DNA of 64,000 nucleotides. It comes from Deferribacterales bacterium (GTDB lineage: Bacteria; Chrysiogenota; Deferribacteres; Deferribacterales; Geovibrionaceae). Position 1 is the first letter of the stretch. Each line of letters opens with the position of its first letter. The position numbers and the translations under genes are program-made. The stretch covers positions 278,596 to 342,595 of the forward strand of contig JBFWMA010000002.1 in assembly GCA_050251875.1 (NCBI GenBank), given 5' to 3'. This document shows, piece by piece, positions 38,975-50,796 of this stretch. The notes beneath the pieces were generated by a model. That model did not search any database. It saw nothing but the letters and a program-made list of their open reading frames with translations, and was not told where the DNA came from.

Positions 38975-39931
38975 ATGGGCTCAGAATCGATCTTTTTTAT
39001 GGAGGTAATGTCGAAGCCTTTGTGGGCATGGATATCGTTTTTTACGGTGGTTATAGCCCTTCTGGTTATCGACTTGGGACTGCTGAATAAGAAAGATCAT
39101 GAGATCGGCATCAAAGAGAGTCTTCAGATGTCCGCCTTTTACATCGCTATCGCTGTTTTATACGGATTATTCGTGTGGTATGAGTTCGGTCACGAGAAAG
39201 GATTTAACTTTCTGAACGGCTTCGTGGTTGAAAAATCACTGGCTATGGACAACATATTCGTGATCGCCATGGTGTTCTCCTATTTCAAAACGCCCCGCAA
39301 ATATCAGCACAGAGTGCTCTTCTGGGGTATTCTGGGTGTTATTCTGCTCAGGGGTATCATGATCGGTCTCGGCTCCGCACTGGTTGCCAGATTCGAGTGG
39401 ATACTCTATATTTTTGCTCTTTTCCTTATCTATTCCGGAATAAAGATGTTCTTCGCAAAAGATGACGATGGTGATTTGGCTGACAATAAGATACTGCTGT
39501 TTTTAAGAAAACATCTCAGAGTGACTGACGATCTTCACGGTCACAGCTTCTTTGTAAAACAGAACGCTAAATGGTTCGTTACCCCTCTGTTCGTGGCTCT
39601 TTGTATGGTGGAGATCATCGACGTTGTGTTCGCCGTGGATTCCATTCCGGCGGTATTCACTATCACTACCGATCCTTTTGTTGTTTATACCAGCAACATT
39701 TTCGCTATTTTGGGACTGCGGGCGCTTTATTTTGCCCTTTCCGCCATGATAGCCAGATTCTATTATCTGAAATTCACCCTTTCGCTGGTGCTTATTTTTA
39801 TCGGGTCAAAGATCTTCATAGACGCTTTTCACATCTACCATTTCTCCGCCCTTTCCTCTCTGATAATAACTCTTTCTCTTTTATTATCAGGGATATTGTT
39901 CTCTCTGTGGAAGACTAAGAAAAGTAATTGA
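38975..39931 (+). CDS. TerC/Alx family membrane protein
   Basis: EKSLAMDNIFV, QHRVLFWGILG, E..DVVFAVDSIPA, TSNIFAILGLRALYF. Confidence 0.92.
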   Translation: MGSESIFFMEVMSKPLWAWISFFTVVIALLVIDLGLLNKKDHEIGIKESLQMSAFYIAIAVLYGLFVWYEFGHEKGFNFLNGFVVEKSLAMDNIFVIAMVFSYFKTPRKYQHRVLFWGILGVILLRGIMIGLGSALVARFEWILYIFALFLIYSGIKMFFAKDDDGDLADNKILLFLRKHLRVTDDLHGHSFFVKQNAKWFVTPLFVALCMVEIIDVVFAVDSIPAVFTITTDPFVVYTSNIFAILGLRALYFALSAMIARFYYLKFTLSLVLIFIGSKIFIDAFHIYHFSALSSLIITLSLLLSGILFSLWKTKKSN

Positions 39932-40382
39932 TGCCGTGGTTCACTGCCCAGACTGTTCCGGCATATCTGATAAGTTTTCCTATGAATACGAGAACGGCGT
40001 ATTTAGCGAAGTGCATCCGCATGATTCCGCCCACCAGACACAGCGGGTCGCCGATCACCGGAACCCATGAAAAAAGAAGCGACATAGTGCCGTATTTGTC
40101 GAAAATAGCTTCCGCTTTCGCCCTCTTTTTTTCGTCTATTTTGAATATTCTCGTCATCGTCAGGTCGCTTCCATAGAGCCCCACAGCGTATGTCAGGCAT
40201 GCGCCCAGAAAGTTTCCGGAAGTGGCGCAGACAAGCAGCCAGAAAGGATCGAGTCCTTTGATGAGCAGAGCGACCAGAAGCCACTCGGACCCCACAGGCA
40301 GAAGCGTTGAGGCGAGAAAACCCATCAGAAACATCGAAAAATAGCTGTATTCAGGTAAAATGTGCATATATTTATATAACAT
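39915..40382 (-). CDS. YqaA family (DedA) membrane protein
   Basis: FLASTLLP.GSE, GN.LG, LLFSWVPVIGDPLC, IGK..RY. Confidence 0.88.
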   Translation of the reverse strand: MLYKYMHILPEYSYFSMFLMGFLASTLLPVGSEWLLVALLIKGLDPFWLLVCATSGNFLGACLTYAVGLYGSDLTMTRIFKIDEKKRAKAEAIFDKYGTMSLLFSWVPVIGDPLCLVGGIMRMHFAKYAVLVFIGKLIRYAGTVWAVNHGINYFS

Positions 40383-40479
40383 CCCGCATTGGTATTGACT
40401 ATGAAAATTATAAGGCGTATAAAATTATTCCCAAACAATTAATACATCTGATTATTTACTCTGAAACGGGAGATGTTTG

Positions 40480-41115
40480 ATGCGCCTTGCTATTTTTGAT
40501 CTGGACGGAACCATCCTCGATACCCTCACCGATATGCACGAGTGTCTGATGGACACCATGCGTCATTTTTCTCTGCCTCTTTTTGATAAAAACACCACCA
40601 AAAGCTATGTCGGAGACGGCATACGCCAGCTCGTCATCAGAGCCGCCGGAAAAGACAGCTTCACAGATGATATGGAGACCTATTTCCGTGCGGTCTATTC
40701 TGAGAATATGACTAATAATACCAGAGTGATAGATGACTATGCCTGCGTTCTGGAATATATAAAATCAAGCGGCATCACAGCCGTGATTCTCTCCAACAAA
40801 ATCGCCTCGCTCACATCTGAGCTGGCGGCTCATTACGGTCTGGACGCTTATTTCGCCAGAAACTACGGCGGGGACAGTTTCGGTGTCAAAAAACCCTCCC
40901 CTGTGCCTGTTCAGAACATTATGAAAGAGTTCTCCGCATCGCCGGAAAACACAATAATGATAGGCGATAACCACACCGACATAGAGTCCGGATACTACGC
41001 CGGGGTAAAAACTTGCTTTTGTTCTTTCGGCTATGGTAATCTGAGTGAGGTCAAAGCTGATTTTGTTGCTGACAAACCTGAAGAAATCATAAAAGCTCTG
41101 GAGTCCTTAAAGTGA
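40480..41115 (+). CDS. HAD hydrolase, phosphoglycolate phosphatase-like
   Basis: FDLDGT, LSNK, KKPSP, MIGD...DI. Confidence 0.85.
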   Translation: MRLAIFDLDGTILDTLTDMHECLMDTMRHFSLPLFDKNTTKSYVGDGIRQLVIRAAGKDSFTDDMETYFRAVYSENMTNNTRVIDDYACVLEYIKSSGITAVILSNKIASLTSELAAHYGLDAYFARNYGGDSFGVKKPSPVPVQNIMKEFSASPENTIMIGDNHTDIESGYYAGVKTCFCSFGYGNLSEVKADFVADKPEEIIKALESLK

Positions 41116-42401
41116 AAAAATATGCCTATTATGCCGATTATGTCTACTATAACAGTAAGATACATCATAACACCTACCTTCTGGTCAGCGGAAACACCAT
41201 AGACGGAATGCTGGAGAGCGATGCCGTTGTTCCGGCAGAGTACGAAGTGGTAAAATTCGAAAATTCCGCAATATTTCCGGGACTTATCAATACGCATACT
41301 CACCTGCCTATGTCTTTTTTCAGAGGGATGGCGGACGATCTGCATCTGATGGACTGGCTCCAGAACCACATCTGGCCCGCCGAGGCTAAGTGGATTTCTC
41401 CGGAGTTCGTGCAGGCTGCCACCGACCTTTCCTGTGCGGAGATGATAAAATGCGGCACCATAGCCGCCAACGACATGTATTTCATGTCAGAGAACATAGC
41501 GGCGTCCCTGCATAAGGCAGGACTGAAAGGCACCGTGGGTGTCGGCGTTCTCGATTTCGCCACCAAGTTCGGCACATGCGCCGATGATTATATCTCAAAG
41601 GCATCAGAACTTTATCTGAAATATCAGGATGATGATCTTATCAATATAGCTCTCTGTCCTCACGCTCCCTATACCGTGAGCCCGGACAGCTATAAAAAAT
41701 GCGTGGAATTCTGCGCCAAGCACGATCTGGTGCTTCACACACACCTGATGGAGGCGAAGAACGAATCTCCTGACTCGCTGGCAAAATACGGCAAAACACC
41801 CGTTCAGATAATGAACGAAGCCGGCGCCTTTGATATTAAGAGCGTTTTTGCTCACTGCGTCCATCTGAATGATGAGGAAATCGATCTGATGGGAAGCAAG
41901 AATGTAGCTGTAACTCATTGTGTGGAAAGCAATATGAAGCTGGCAAACGGCTTCGCTCCCATAGGAAAAATGATAGCAGCCGGAGTGAATGTGACAATAG
42001 GCACGGACGGAGCCGCCAGCAACAACGATATAGATATGATCGGAGAGATGCGCACAGTGGCTCTCTGCCATAAAGGATTCAGGTGTGACGCAACCACCCT
42101 TCCCGCCGCAAAGGTTCTGAAAATGGCTACTGAGAACGGCGCAAAGGCTCTGGGGCTCAGAGACACCGGAGTCCTGAAAAAAGGAAACAAAGCTGATTTT
42201 ATCGTTGTATCCTTCGACAGCGTGATGATGACCCCCGTATATAATCCTGTTTCTCACCTGATATACTCTGGAAACTGCAATGATGTGACAGATGTTTTTG
42301 TAAACGGTAAGTGTCTGATGAAAAACAGAGAGCTGACGACTATAGACGAACAGGCTATCAAAGCAAATGCCCGTGAATGGGCTAAAAAAATAATGAATTA
42401 A
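41112..42401 (+). CDS. Amidohydrolase, MTA/SAH deaminase (MtaD-like)
   Basis: [44 protein letters not shown]. Confidence 0.85.
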   Translation: MKKYAYYADYVYYNSKIHHNTYLLVSGNTIDGMLESDAVVPAEYEVVKFENSAIFPGLINTHTHLPMSFFRGMADDLHLMDWLQNHIWPAEAKWISPEFVQAATDLSCAEMIKCGTIAANDMYFMSENIAASLHKAGLKGTVGVGVLDFATKFGTCADDYISKASELYLKYQDDDLINIALCPHAPYTVSPDSYKKCVEFCAKHDLVLHTHLMEAKNESPDSLAKYGKTPVQIMNEAGAFDIKSVFAHCVHLNDEEIDLMGSKNVAVTHCVESNMKLANGFAPIGKMIAAGVNVTIGTDGAASNNDIDMIGEMRTVALCHKGFRCDATTLPAAKVLKMATENGAKALGLRDTGVLKKGNKADFIVVSFDSVMMTPVYNPVSHLIYSGNCNDVTDVFVNGKCLMKNRELTTIDEQAIKANAREWAKKIMN

Positions 42402-42429
42402 TACTTTAAATACATTAAGGAAGTTATTG

Positions 42430-43866
42430 ATGAAAGACTACAAAAGCTACTCCAATCCTCTTCAGGAGAGATACGCCAGCCCCGAAATGCTCTACCTCTT
42501 CTCCCCTCACAAGAAATTCACCACATGGCGCAAGCTGTGGGTGGCTCTGGCTGAGTCCGAAAAGGAGCTGGGACTGAACATCACAGACGAGCAGATATCC
42601 GAAATGAAAGCGAACATCGAAAATATCGATTTCGATTATGCCGCACAGATGGAGCGCAAGTTCCGCCACGATGTTATGGCGCACGTTCACACATTCGGCG
42701 AATGCTGTCCGAAGGCTATGCCCATAATCCACCTGGGCGCCACCAGCGCCTTTGTGGGCGACAACACTGACGTTATCGTGCTGAAAGAAGGTATGGAAAT
42801 CGTGCGCAAGAAACTCGTTAACGTTATGAACAACATGAAGAAATTCGCACTGAAATATAAAAGCATGCCCGCTCTGGGCTTCACTCACTTTCAGCCGGCT
42901 CAGCTCACCACCGTGGGCAAACGTGCCTGTCTGTGGCTTCAGGACTTTGTTCTGGATATGGAGGCTCTGGAGTTCGCCCATGAAAACATCCGTTTCAGAG
43001 GTGTTAAAGGCACAACAGGTACACAGGCTTCTTTCCTGCACCTGTTTGAGGGAGACCACGCCAGAGTGCGCAAGCTGGACGAGACAGTCTCCGCCAAAAT
43101 GGGGTTTGACAAGGTGCTGACTATCACAGGTCAGACATACACCAGAAAACAGGACACCAGAGTGCTTGCCGTTCTGGCTTCCATAGCAGAATCAGCGCAC
43201 AAGATGGCCACAGACCTGCGTCTGCTCGCCAACCTGAAAGAGATCGAAGAACCCTTTGAGAAGAATCAGATAGGCTCCAGCGCCATGGCATATAAACGCA
43301 ACCCCATGAGAAGCGAGCGTGTGTGCTCACTCTCCAGACATGTCATAGCCCTCAGCCTGAACCCGTATATGACCCACTCCACCCAGTGGTTCGAAAGAAC
43401 TCTGGACGACTCCGCCAACAGACGTATAGGCATTTCCGAGGCTTTTCTGGCTATAGACGCCATTCTGGAACTGCTCTACAACATTACCGACGGTCTGGTA
43501 GTCTATGAGCGCATGATAAACAAACGTGTTATGGAGGAGCTCCCCTTCATGGCTACAGAGAACATAATCATGGAATCCGTGAAGAGAGGCGCTGACAGAC
43601 AGGAGATGCACGAAGTTGTCCGTGTGAACTCTATGGAAGCCGGAAAGCGTGTTAAGATGGAGGGCGAGTCAAACGACCTTCTGGACAGGCTGGCGGCGGA
43701 AAAAGCCGTTCCCCTGACAAAAGAGGAGATCATGGGTCTGCTCGACCCTATCAAGTTTGTGGGGCGCTCACCCGAGCAGGTGGATCAGTTTATCAATGAA
43801 GAGGTCAACCCTGTGATAGAAAAATATGAAAAAGACCTCGGAATGGATGTGGATATTAAAGTCTAG
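42430..43866 (+). CDS. purB: Adenylosuccinate lyase
   Basis: [33 protein letters not shown]. Confidence 0.95.
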   Translation: MKDYKSYSNPLQERYASPEMLYLFSPHKKFTTWRKLWVALAESEKELGLNITDEQISEMKANIENIDFDYAAQMERKFRHDVMAHVHTFGECCPKAMPIIHLGATSAFVGDNTDVIVLKEGMEIVRKKLVNVMNNMKKFALKYKSMPALGFTHFQPAQLTTVGKRACLWLQDFVLDMEALEFAHENIRFRGVKGTTGTQASFLHLFEGDHARVRKLDETVSAKMGFDKVLTITGQTYTRKQDTRVLAVLASIAESAHKMATDLRLLANLKEIEEPFEKNQIGSSAMAYKRNPMRSERVCSLSRHVIALSLNPYMTHSTQWFERTLDDSANRRIGISEAFLAIDAILELLYNITDGLVVYERMINKRVMEELPFMATENIIMESVKRGADRQEMHEVVRVNSMEAGKRVKMEGESNDLLDRLAAEKAVPLTKEEIMGLLDPIKFVGRSPEQVDQFINEEVNPVIEKYEKDLGMDVDIKV

Positions 43867-43901
43867 AGATTGCCGCACCTGCTTTGCAGGTTCGCAATGA
43901 C
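43866..43901. repeat. REP/RPE-like palindromic half-element, same family as the 6.9-7.3 kb array
   Basis: GAGATTGCCGC-ACCTGCTTTGCAGGT-TCGCAATGAC, compared with GAGATTGCCAC...CTCGCAATGAC at 6887. Confidence 0.7.
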
Positions 43902-43911
43902 AATTTGTCAG

Positions 43912-43947
43912 AAAAGGCGGAGTTTAAAAGCTCCGCCTTTTTGTTTT
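43912..43947. terminator. Bidirectional Rho-independent terminator after purB
   Basis: AAAAGGCGGAG...CTCCGCCTTTTTGTTTT. Confidence 0.82.
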
Positions 43948-43966
43948 ATATGCAAATTAATTTCAA

Positions 43967-45268
43967 CTATTTTGAGAAATTATATCGTAATTTTTCTGAC
44001 TTCATTTCACTATTTAATGCTCCGTTAACTGCATATTGAATAGAAACGCCAATATTTGCTTCTATTTTATTATAAGGTAAATAAGTATTGAGCATTTCAT
44101 CTAAAACATCTTCTTTTTCAATTTTTAAACTGATTTTACGGGCTGATTCTGGGGGAAATTCATAATCAAGTTTTTGAGAAAATACATGTTCAAATAAATG
44201 CAAAGATAGATATTTTAATTGTATGTATTCTTTACTGTCATTCTCTAATCCAATATTAGCTAACAGTCCACCACGGTTCATTTCTATGTTATATATTAAA
44301 ACTTTAAATTTTTTAAACCTATAAGCTATTGGCTTAAAATATGATACTAATAAATTTTTTATTTTAATGTCAAATGCGTTAGTATTTACATTTACTACAA
44401 TATTTTCTGATGCAGGAAAATCTTTATACATTACCACTTGCGGATTAATTTCACTGTTAATTCTAAAGCCTTCTTTTGGTATTAAGGATATACCATAGTA
44501 TGATTTTTCTAAATCACATGAACTAAATACTTCACTTATTTTAATGTCAAAATAGCCTAATTTTTTCTGCATTTCTGCATCTAAATTCATATTTAATCTA
44601 ATTCTGTCCTTGTTACCTGATAAATAGAATATTTCCGATTTTTTATTACAAATGGTAAGATTATATAAGCTACTATATTTTTGATTTACGGTATTAATTA
44701 TACCAATAATGTCATAAATCAAAGTATCTGAAGGAGCTAAATTAGAATAAGGAAGAGCAAAGGGTTTGTATTCAGACGGTTGATGAATGTTAACATTAAT
44801 TTCATATTTAAAATTGTTTCCATCTAACTCTTTTTTTTGTACAAAGTTAAGAGATACAATGAAATTCTGCTTTACTGTTGCCTCTAAATTATTATGAGTT
44901 CCGGTAAAATAACCGTTTTTATATTGAAAAAGTAGTACTTTATTCAATATGAGTTTATTTTCAAGACCAGATATTGTTTTTACCCGTTTAGTTTTTGAAC
45001 CAGGATATTTTTCTATTCTAGTAACCATTTGATAAGAAGTATTCTTCGACTGCTCTAATATATCCTTTGATATAATGTCATAGATATCATTTTCATTTAA
45101 ACCGTTATTCTGAGTATAATATCCAATTTCAAAAGTTTTTATAACAGGAGGAAGTTGCGTCTCGATACTACCATTAGATAAATTACTTAAGTTTTTAGAA
45201 ATATCTAATGATGGATCTCCACAAGATAAAAGAAACAAACTTAAAATAAAGACATAAAGATATTTCAT
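43967..45268 (-). CDS. AT-rich hypothetical lipoprotein
   Basis: GAGG RBS and MKYLYVFILSLFLLSC lipobox. Strongly AT-rich relative to its flanks. Confidence 0.7.
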   Translation of the reverse strand: MKYLYVFILSLFLLSCGDPSLDISKNLSNLSNGSIETQLPPVIKTFEIGYYTQNNGLNENDIYDIISKDILEQSKNTSYQMVTRIEKYPGSKTKRVKTISGLENKLILNKVLLFQYKNGYFTGTHNNLEATVKQNFIVSLNFVQKKELDGNNFKYEINVNIHQPSEYKPFALPYSNLAPSDTLIYDIIGIINTVNQKYSSLYNLTICNKKSEIFYLSGNKDRIRLNMNLDAEMQKKLGYFDIKISEVFSSCDLEKSYYGISLIPKEGFRINSEINPQVVMYKDFPASENIVVNVNTNAFDIKIKNLLVSYFKPIAYRFKKFKVLIYNIEMNRGGLLANIGLENDSKEYIQLKYLSLHLFEHVFSQKLDYEFPPESARKISLKIEKEDVLDEMLNTYLPYNKIEANIGVSIQYAVNGALNSEMKSEKLRYNFSK

Positions 45269-45463
45269 ATCAGTTCCTCGTAGGTTATATAAACTATTTG
45301 TGATAAAATAACATAACATATTCACACATACAATCACTTTATATGAACTGAGTATGTGATTGCAACTATGGAAGTAATATATTGAAACAGTCTAAGATTA
45401 AAGAAATATTATTAAGCACATTATTGTAAATATACAACAATAATGAGAGAATGCACTTGCTTT

Positions 45464-46384
45464 TTATTTTTCTATATCCACCTTTCCCTTAAGGTCGCTG
45501 AGATTGGCTATGTTGTTGTCTGCCAGATATTTATCCAGATCATCAATGATCTTCAGCGGGATGTTGGGGTCTACAAAATTGGCTGTGCCCACCTGCATAG
45601 CCCCTGCCCCCACCAGAGAGAATTCAACTACGTCACGCCAGTCCATGATGCCGCCTATGCCCATAACGGGTATCTTGACCGTGCGGAACACCTCGTGCAC
45701 CATTCGGATGGCTACAGGCTTGATGGCGGGACCGGACAGTCCGCCTGTGACGTTGTATATGTTGGGTTTTTTGGTGTGTATGTTGACGGACATTCCAAGC
45801 AATGTGTTGATGGCGCTGATGGCGTCTGCGCCTGCGTCCTCGCATGCCTTGGCAAAGACACGGATGTTGGTGACATTGGGAGACAGCTTTACCATCAGAG
45901 GTTTATTCTGAACAACCTTCTTCACTCTGGATGTCACTTCATAGGTCATTTTGGGATCTGTGCCGAAGGCTATCCCGCCCTCTTTTATATTCGGGCAGGA
46001 GATGTTCATCTCCAGCATATCCACATCGGCATCGTCCAGTATCTGGGCGACTTCTATATATTCATCAACTGTTTTCCCCCAGAAATTGACGATGACTTTT
46101 GTGTCGTATTTTCTGAGCTCGGGCAGTTTTTCTTTTATAAATTTAACCACGCCGACATTTTGCAGACCGATGGCGTTCAGCATTCCGGATGTTGTCTCCA
46201 TGATGCGGGGCATAGGGTTTCCCTGTACCTCACGGAGCGAGATTCCTTTGACGGATATTCCGCCCAGTTTGCCTATGTCTATGTGGTTAGCGTATTCCAG
46301 ACCATAGCCGAAAGTACCGCTGGCAGTTATTATGGGGTTTTTGAACTCTACCCCGCAAAAGGTTGTTTTAAGTCTGTCAGACAT
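45464..46384 (-). CDS. pyrD: Dihydroorotate dehydrogenase 1B catalytic subunit
   Basis: ASGTFGYG, GNP.PR..ET..GMLNAIGLQN, NISCPN, KLSPNVT, GGLSGPAIKP. Confidence 0.95.
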   Translation of the reverse strand: MSDRLKTTFCGVEFKNPIITASGTFGYGLEYANHIDIGKLGGISVKGISLREVQGNPMPRIMETTSGMLNAIGLQNVGVVKFIKEKLPELRKYDTKVIVNFWGKTVDEYIEVAQILDDADVDMLEMNISCPNIKEGGIAFGTDPKMTYEVTSRVKKVVQNKPLMVKLSPNVTNIRVFAKACEDAGADAISAINTLLGMSVNIHTKKPNIYNVTGGLSGPAIKPVAIRMVHEVFRTVKIPVMGIGGIMDWRDVVEFSLVGAGAMQVGTANFVDPNIPLKIIDDLDKYLADNNIANLSDLKGKVDIEK

Positions 46385-46396
46385 TTATCTCTCCGG

Positions 46397-47176
46397 TTAT
46401 TTCAGTCTGTCCCATGCTACTTTAGCGCCGTCAAAAACGGGTCCTTCGACACAGCAGCGTTTCTGAACCACGTCATCGCCCTCTTTCACATAGATGATGC
46501 ATCCCAGACAGGCGCCCAGCCCGCATGCCATGCGTTCATCCAGCGAAACCTCAACGGGGATGCCGGCTGACGTACATATGCCGCTCACAGCCTCCAGCAT
46601 GCCCTTAGGACCGCATGTGTATACTATGTCGTATGATTCAACGTTTTCTTTGAAAGGTATCGTTACAAAGCCTCTGATGCCCGCAGAACCGTCATCGGTT
46701 GTGACGATCAGATGGTCGGTGTTCTCCTTCAGCTCTTCCAGCAGAACCACATCGTCCACTGTGCGCCCGCCGTAATAGAGGTCGACAACACAGCCTCTGT
46801 CCTTCAGGGTTTTTGCCAGCCAGTATACGGGAGCGATCCCTATTCCGCCGGCGACCAGAGCCACACGCTTGTTTTCGTTCAGAGTGAACGAATTGCCCAG
46901 AGGGTTGGAAAATTCTATCATGCCGCCCTCGTGGAATTCGCTGAGCAGTTTTGTTCCCTTGCCCACTACCATATACACCAGACTGAATCTGTCGCCGTTC
47001 ACGTCTGCCACGCCCAGAGGACGTCTCAGCAGAGGATCGTGGGTGTAATCGTTGCTGCTGGGTTTTATCATCAGAAACTGTCCGACCTTGACAGAGCGGA
47101 CAAATTCCTCTGATTTTATTTCCAGAAAATAATATTTATCGTTCAGGCGCTGATTGCGGATCACTTTTCCTTTCAT
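46397..47176 (-). CDS. pyrK: Dihydroorotate dehydrogenase electron transfer subunit
   Basis: LLRRP, AGGIGIAP, TDDGS.G, CGP, MACGLGACLGC, C.EGPVF. Confidence 0.92.
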   Translation of the reverse strand: MKGKVIRNQRLNDKYYFLEIKSEEFVRSVKVGQFLMIKPSSNDYTHDPLLRRPLGVADVNGDRFSLVYMVVGKGTKLLSEFHEGGMIEFSNPLGNSFTLNENKRVALVAGGIGIAPVYWLAKTLKDRGCVVDLYYGGRTVDDVVLLEELKENTDHLIVTTDDGSAGIRGFVTIPFKENVESYDIVYTCGPKGMLEAVSGICTSAGIPVEVSLDERMACGLGACLGCIIYVKEGDDVVQKRCCVEGPVFDGAKVAWDRLK

Positions 47177-47178
47177 TA

Positions 47179-50100
47179 TCAGCCCCTTTTGTAAAATTCC
47201 TGAATGGGAGTAACCGTCAGACCCTTCTGACCTGCCTCGATAGCGATGACGCATGCTTTTGCCGCTTCCACGGTTGTAACATAGGGCACGCTGTAGCTGA
47301 GGATGGTACGTCTGATGGATTCGCTGTCCAGTCTGGATTTTTTACCCTCGGGGATGTTGATGACGAAGGCGATCTCGCCGTTTTTAATCATGTCAACCAC
47401 GTTGGGGCGTATGCCCTCGTGAACCTTGGCCACTTTTTCCACAGGAAGTCCCTTCTCTTTCAGGAAGTTATATGTTCCTGATGTGGATATGATGGTGAAT
47501 CCGGATGCTGACAGCTCTTTTGCCACTTCCAGAATCTCTTCCTTGGCGGAATCTTTGATACTGATGAACACTCTGCCTTTTTTGGGCAGTTTGTTTCCGG
47601 CGGCTATCTGCGCTTTGTAGAAGGCGCTTCCCAGGTCTCTGTCAATACCCATTACCTCGCCTGTGGATTTCATTTCGGGTCCGAGAACGAGGTCAGTTCC
47701 GGGGAATTTTACAAAGGGGAACACAGACTCTTTCACGGTGAAGTAGTCTATATCTATCTCTTTGGTAAATCCCAGATCTTTCAGCTTAGCGCCTGCCATT
47801 ACCTTTGCCGCCATTTTGGCAAGGGGAACGCCGATTGTCTTGCTGACATAGGGGATTGTTCTGGAGGCTCTGGGGTTTACCTCCAGCATGTATATCTCTT
47901 CGCCTTTGATGGCGTACTGAATGTTCATCAGACCGATGACTTTCAGCTCTTTCGCTATGTTTCTGGTGTGAGTCATCAGCTGTTCACGCACTTTTGCGCT
48001 GATGGTTCTGCTGGGGATGGAGCATGCGGAGTCTCCTGAATGGATACCGGCCTCTTCAAAGTGCTCCATGATAGAGCCGATAACGGTTATCTCGCCGTCA
48101 CTGATGGAGTCCACGTCCACCTCTGTGGCGTGCTGAAGATATTTGTCTATCAGAACAGGGTGTTCCTCGGATGCCTGAACAGCGTAAACCATGTAGTTTT
48201 GCAGTGATTCAGTATCATAGACTATTTCCATGGCACGTCCGCCCAGAACGTATGAGGGGCGCACAACCACGGGATATCCGATTTCTTCGGCGATTCTGTA
48301 AGCCTCTTCGGCTGTTTTTGCTATGCCGTTGGGCGGCTGTTTGATATTCAGTCTGGTTATCAGGTCTTTAAATCTCTCTCTGTCCTCTGCCATGTCGATG
48401 CTGTCGGGGGATGTGCCGAGAATCGGCACGCCAGCTTTTTCCAGCGGCACTGCGAGTTTCAGAGGAGTCTGACCGCCGAACTGGACTATCACTCCGAAGG
48501 GTTTCTCTTTATCAACGATATTAAGAACGTGCTCTCTGGTGAGCGGTTCGAAATAGAGTCTGTCTGATGTGTCATAGTCTGTGGAGACTGTTTCCGGGTT
48601 GCAGTTAACCATAATGGTTTCAAAACCCATCTCTTCCAGAGCGAATGATGCATGCACACAGCAGTAATCGAACTCGATCCCCTGCCCGATCCTGTTGGGA
48701 CCGCCGCCGAGAATCATTATTTTCTTTTTGTCTGTGGGCGCGGCTTCGCATTCTCTCTCGTATGTGCTGTAGAGGTATGGGGTGAAGGATTCGAACTCAG
48801 CTCCGCAGGTATCCACACGTTTGTAAACCACACGTCCTCTGGTCTTTTCCCATACATCCAGCTCTTTGCATTTCAGCAGTTTTGCCAGACGTTTATCAGA
48901 GAATCCCATCTGTTTTGCTTTAACAAATGTCTCCTCGGATATTGTGGATATTGAGAAATTTTTGAGTTCAGCTTCGAAATCTATGATCTGTTTGATGTTG
49001 TCGAGGAACCACGGGTCGATAAAGCAGAGCTCGTGCACCTCTTCGATGCTGAATCCGGCTCTGAAAGCCTCTGCCAGATACCACATTCTTTCGGCTGTGG
49101 GTCTTCTCAGCAGTGATTTTATCTTTTCTATAGCGGCTTCGGTGGTTCTCTCCTCATCGGTGAAAACTTCGTCAAAGCCTGATTTGCCTATTTCCAGAGA
49201 GCTGATCGCCTTCTGGAATGATTCTTTGAAAGTACGCCCGATAGACATAGCCTCGCCCACAGATTTCATCTGTGTTGTCAGGGTGTTGTCAGCTCCGGGG
49301 AATTTTTCGAAGGTGAATCTGGGGAATTTTGTCACGCAGTAGTCGATTGTCGGCTCGAATGATGCCGGAGTTTTCAGCGTGATGTCGTTCTTAAGTTCGT
49401 CCAGAGTGTATCCCACGGCGAGTTTGGCGGCAATCTTGGCGATGGGGAAACCGGTCGCTTTGGATGCCAGAGCGGAGCTTCTGGAAACTCTGGGGTTCAT
49501 CTCTATGATGATCTGTTTGCCTGTTTTGGGGTCTACAGCGAACTGAACGTTCGATCCGCCTGTATCAACGCCTATCTCACGGATAACCGCCAGAGCGGCG
49601 TTTCTCATAATCTGATATTCTTTGTCTGTCAGCGTCTGGGCGGGAGCGACTGTTATACTGTCGCCTGTGTGAACGCCCATAGCGTCTATGTTTTCGATGG
49701 AGCAAATGATAACCACGTTGTCTTTCAGGTCACGCATCACTTCGAGCTCATACTCTTTCCAGCCGAGCACTGATTCCTCAACGAGGATCTCTGTCACGGG
49801 TGAGGCCTCAAGCCCCCACTCCACATATTCTTTGTATTCTTCCATGTTGTAGGCAACGTTTCCGCCTGTTCCGCCCAGTGTGAACGAGGGACGGATGATG
49901 GCGGGGAAGCCTATTTTGTCTATGCAGTTAAGAGCGTCCTGGTATGTGTTCACCACATAGCTTTCAGGAAGCGTCAGACCGATTTTTTTCATTGCCTGTT
50001 TGAAGAGCTCTCTGTCTTCCGCTTTGTCGATTGCCTCTATCTTGGCTCCGATGAGCTCCACGTTGTATTTATCCAGAACGCCCGCCTTATGGAGGTCTTT

Positions 50101-50397
50101 TGCGAGGTTCAGAGCAGTCTGTCCGCCGACAGTGGGCAGGATGGCGTCCGGGCGCTCTTTAGCGATAACCTTTTCAGCCATTTCAACATTCAGGGGTTCG
50201 ATGTATGTAGCATCGGCGATCTCAGGATCTGTCATGATGGTAGCGGGGTTGGAATTGATAAGGATAACTCTGTATCCCTCGTCTTTCAGAGCCTTGACAG
50301 CCTGTGTGCCGGAATAGTCGAATTCGCACGCCTGTCCGATAACAATAGGACCGGAGCCGATAATCATAATAGACTTGATGTCTTCTCTTTTAGCCAA
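47179..50397 (-). CDS. carB: Carbamoyl-phosphate synthase large subunit
   Basis: [17 protein letters not shown], two ATP-grasp domains, MGS domain. TTG start with GGAGG RBS. Confidence 0.97.
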   Translation of the reverse strand: MAKREDIKSIMIIGSGPIVIGQACEFDYSGTQAVKALKDEGYRVILINSNPATIMTDPEIADATYIEPLNVEMAEKVIAKERPDAILPTVGGQTALNLAKDLHKAGVLDKYNVELIGAKIEAIDKAEDRELFKQAMKKIGLTLPESYVVNTYQDALNCIDKIGFPAIIRPSFTLGGTGGNVAYNMEEYKEYVEWGLEASPVTEILVEESVLGWKEYELEVMRDLKDNVVIICSIENIDAMGVHTGDSITVAPAQTLTDKEYQIMRNAALAVIREIGVDTGGSNVQFAVDPKTGKQIIIEMNPRVSRSSALASKATGFPIAKIAAKLAVGYTLDELKNDITLKTPASFEPTIDYCVTKFPRFTFEKFPGADNTLTTQMKSVGEAMSIGRTFKESFQKAISSLEIGKSGFDEVFTDEERTTEAAIEKIKSLLRRPTAERMWYLAEAFRAGFSIEEVHELCFIDPWFLDNIKQIIDFEAELKNFSISTISEETFVKAKQMGFSDKRLAKLLKCKELDVWEKTRGRVVYKRVDTCGAEFESFTPYLYSTYERECEAAPTDKKKIMILGGGPNRIGQGIEFDYCCVHASFALEEMGFETIMVNCNPETVSTDYDTSDRLYFEPLTREHVLNIVDKEKPFGVIVQFGGQTPLKLAVPLEKAGVPILGTSPDSIDMAEDRERFKDLITRLNIKQPPNGIAKTAEEAYRIAEEIGYPVVVRPSYVLGGRAMEIVYDTESLQNYMVYAVQASEEHPVLIDKYLQHATEVDVDSISDGEITVIGSIMEHFEEAGIHSGDSACSIPSRTISAKVREQLMTHTRNIAKELKVIGLMNIQYAIKGEEIYMLEVNPRASRTIPYVSKTIGVPLAKMAAKVMAGAKLKDLGFTKEIDIDYFTVKESVFPFVKFPGTDLVLGPEMKSTGEVMGIDRDLGSAFYKAQIAAGNKLPKKGRVFISIKDSAKEEILEVAKELSASGFTIISTSGTYNFLKEKGLPVEKVAKVHEGIRPNVVDMIKNGEIAFVINIPEGKKSRLDSESIRRTILSYSVPYVTTVEAAKACVIAIEAGQKGLTVTPIQEFYKRG

Positions 50398-50495
50398 TGT
50401 ATCCTCCGTAAAACCGCAAAGGGCAAAACTTCAATTTTCTATCAGATTTAGACCCATATTACAAGGTTATATTCGAACGTTTCAGTATAAAATTT

Positions 50496-50765
50496 TTATG
50501 AGAAATCTTTCTCCTTTTTCGGAGATTTCACGGGCGGCTCATCCAGAAATTCTGTTTTCAGATAGAGCTGTTCCACCTTTGTCCGTGCCCAGGGGGTCTG
50601 ACGCAGAAATTTCAGAGTGGAGCTGACGCTCTGGTTGCTTTTGAAGCATTTCACGGAGATCATCTCCGCCAGTTTGTCCCATCCATAGTGTTTTACGAGA
50701 CGGTTCACAACCATCTCAAGGGTGATTCCGTGGAACGGGTCTTTCGGGTTTGTTAAGTTTGTCAT
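50496..50765 (-). CDS. VF530/DUF2132 family putative DNA-binding protein
   Basis: P.HGITLE..V..LV.HYGW..L, CF...S..S.LKFLR.TPWAR.KVE.LY. Confidence 0.85.
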   Translation of the reverse strand: MTNLTNPKDPFHGITLEMVVNRLVKHYGWDKLAEMISVKCFKSNQSVSSTLKFLRQTPWARTKVEQLYLKTEFLDEPPVKSPKKEKDFS

Positions 50766-50796
50766 TGTTATCCGCTTAGATTATTTTTAAGAAAGC

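Noticed and set aside
50410..50450. c-di-GMP-I riboswitch-like GGGCAAA motif
   Set aside because: It is on the strand opposite to carB and lacks the GNRA hairpin and the downstream GCAAAGC segment.
50472..50485. Second SOS box upstream of carB (TTCGAACGTTTCAG)
   Set aside because: It does not fit GAAC-N4-GTTC spacing, and carB is not an expected SOS gene.
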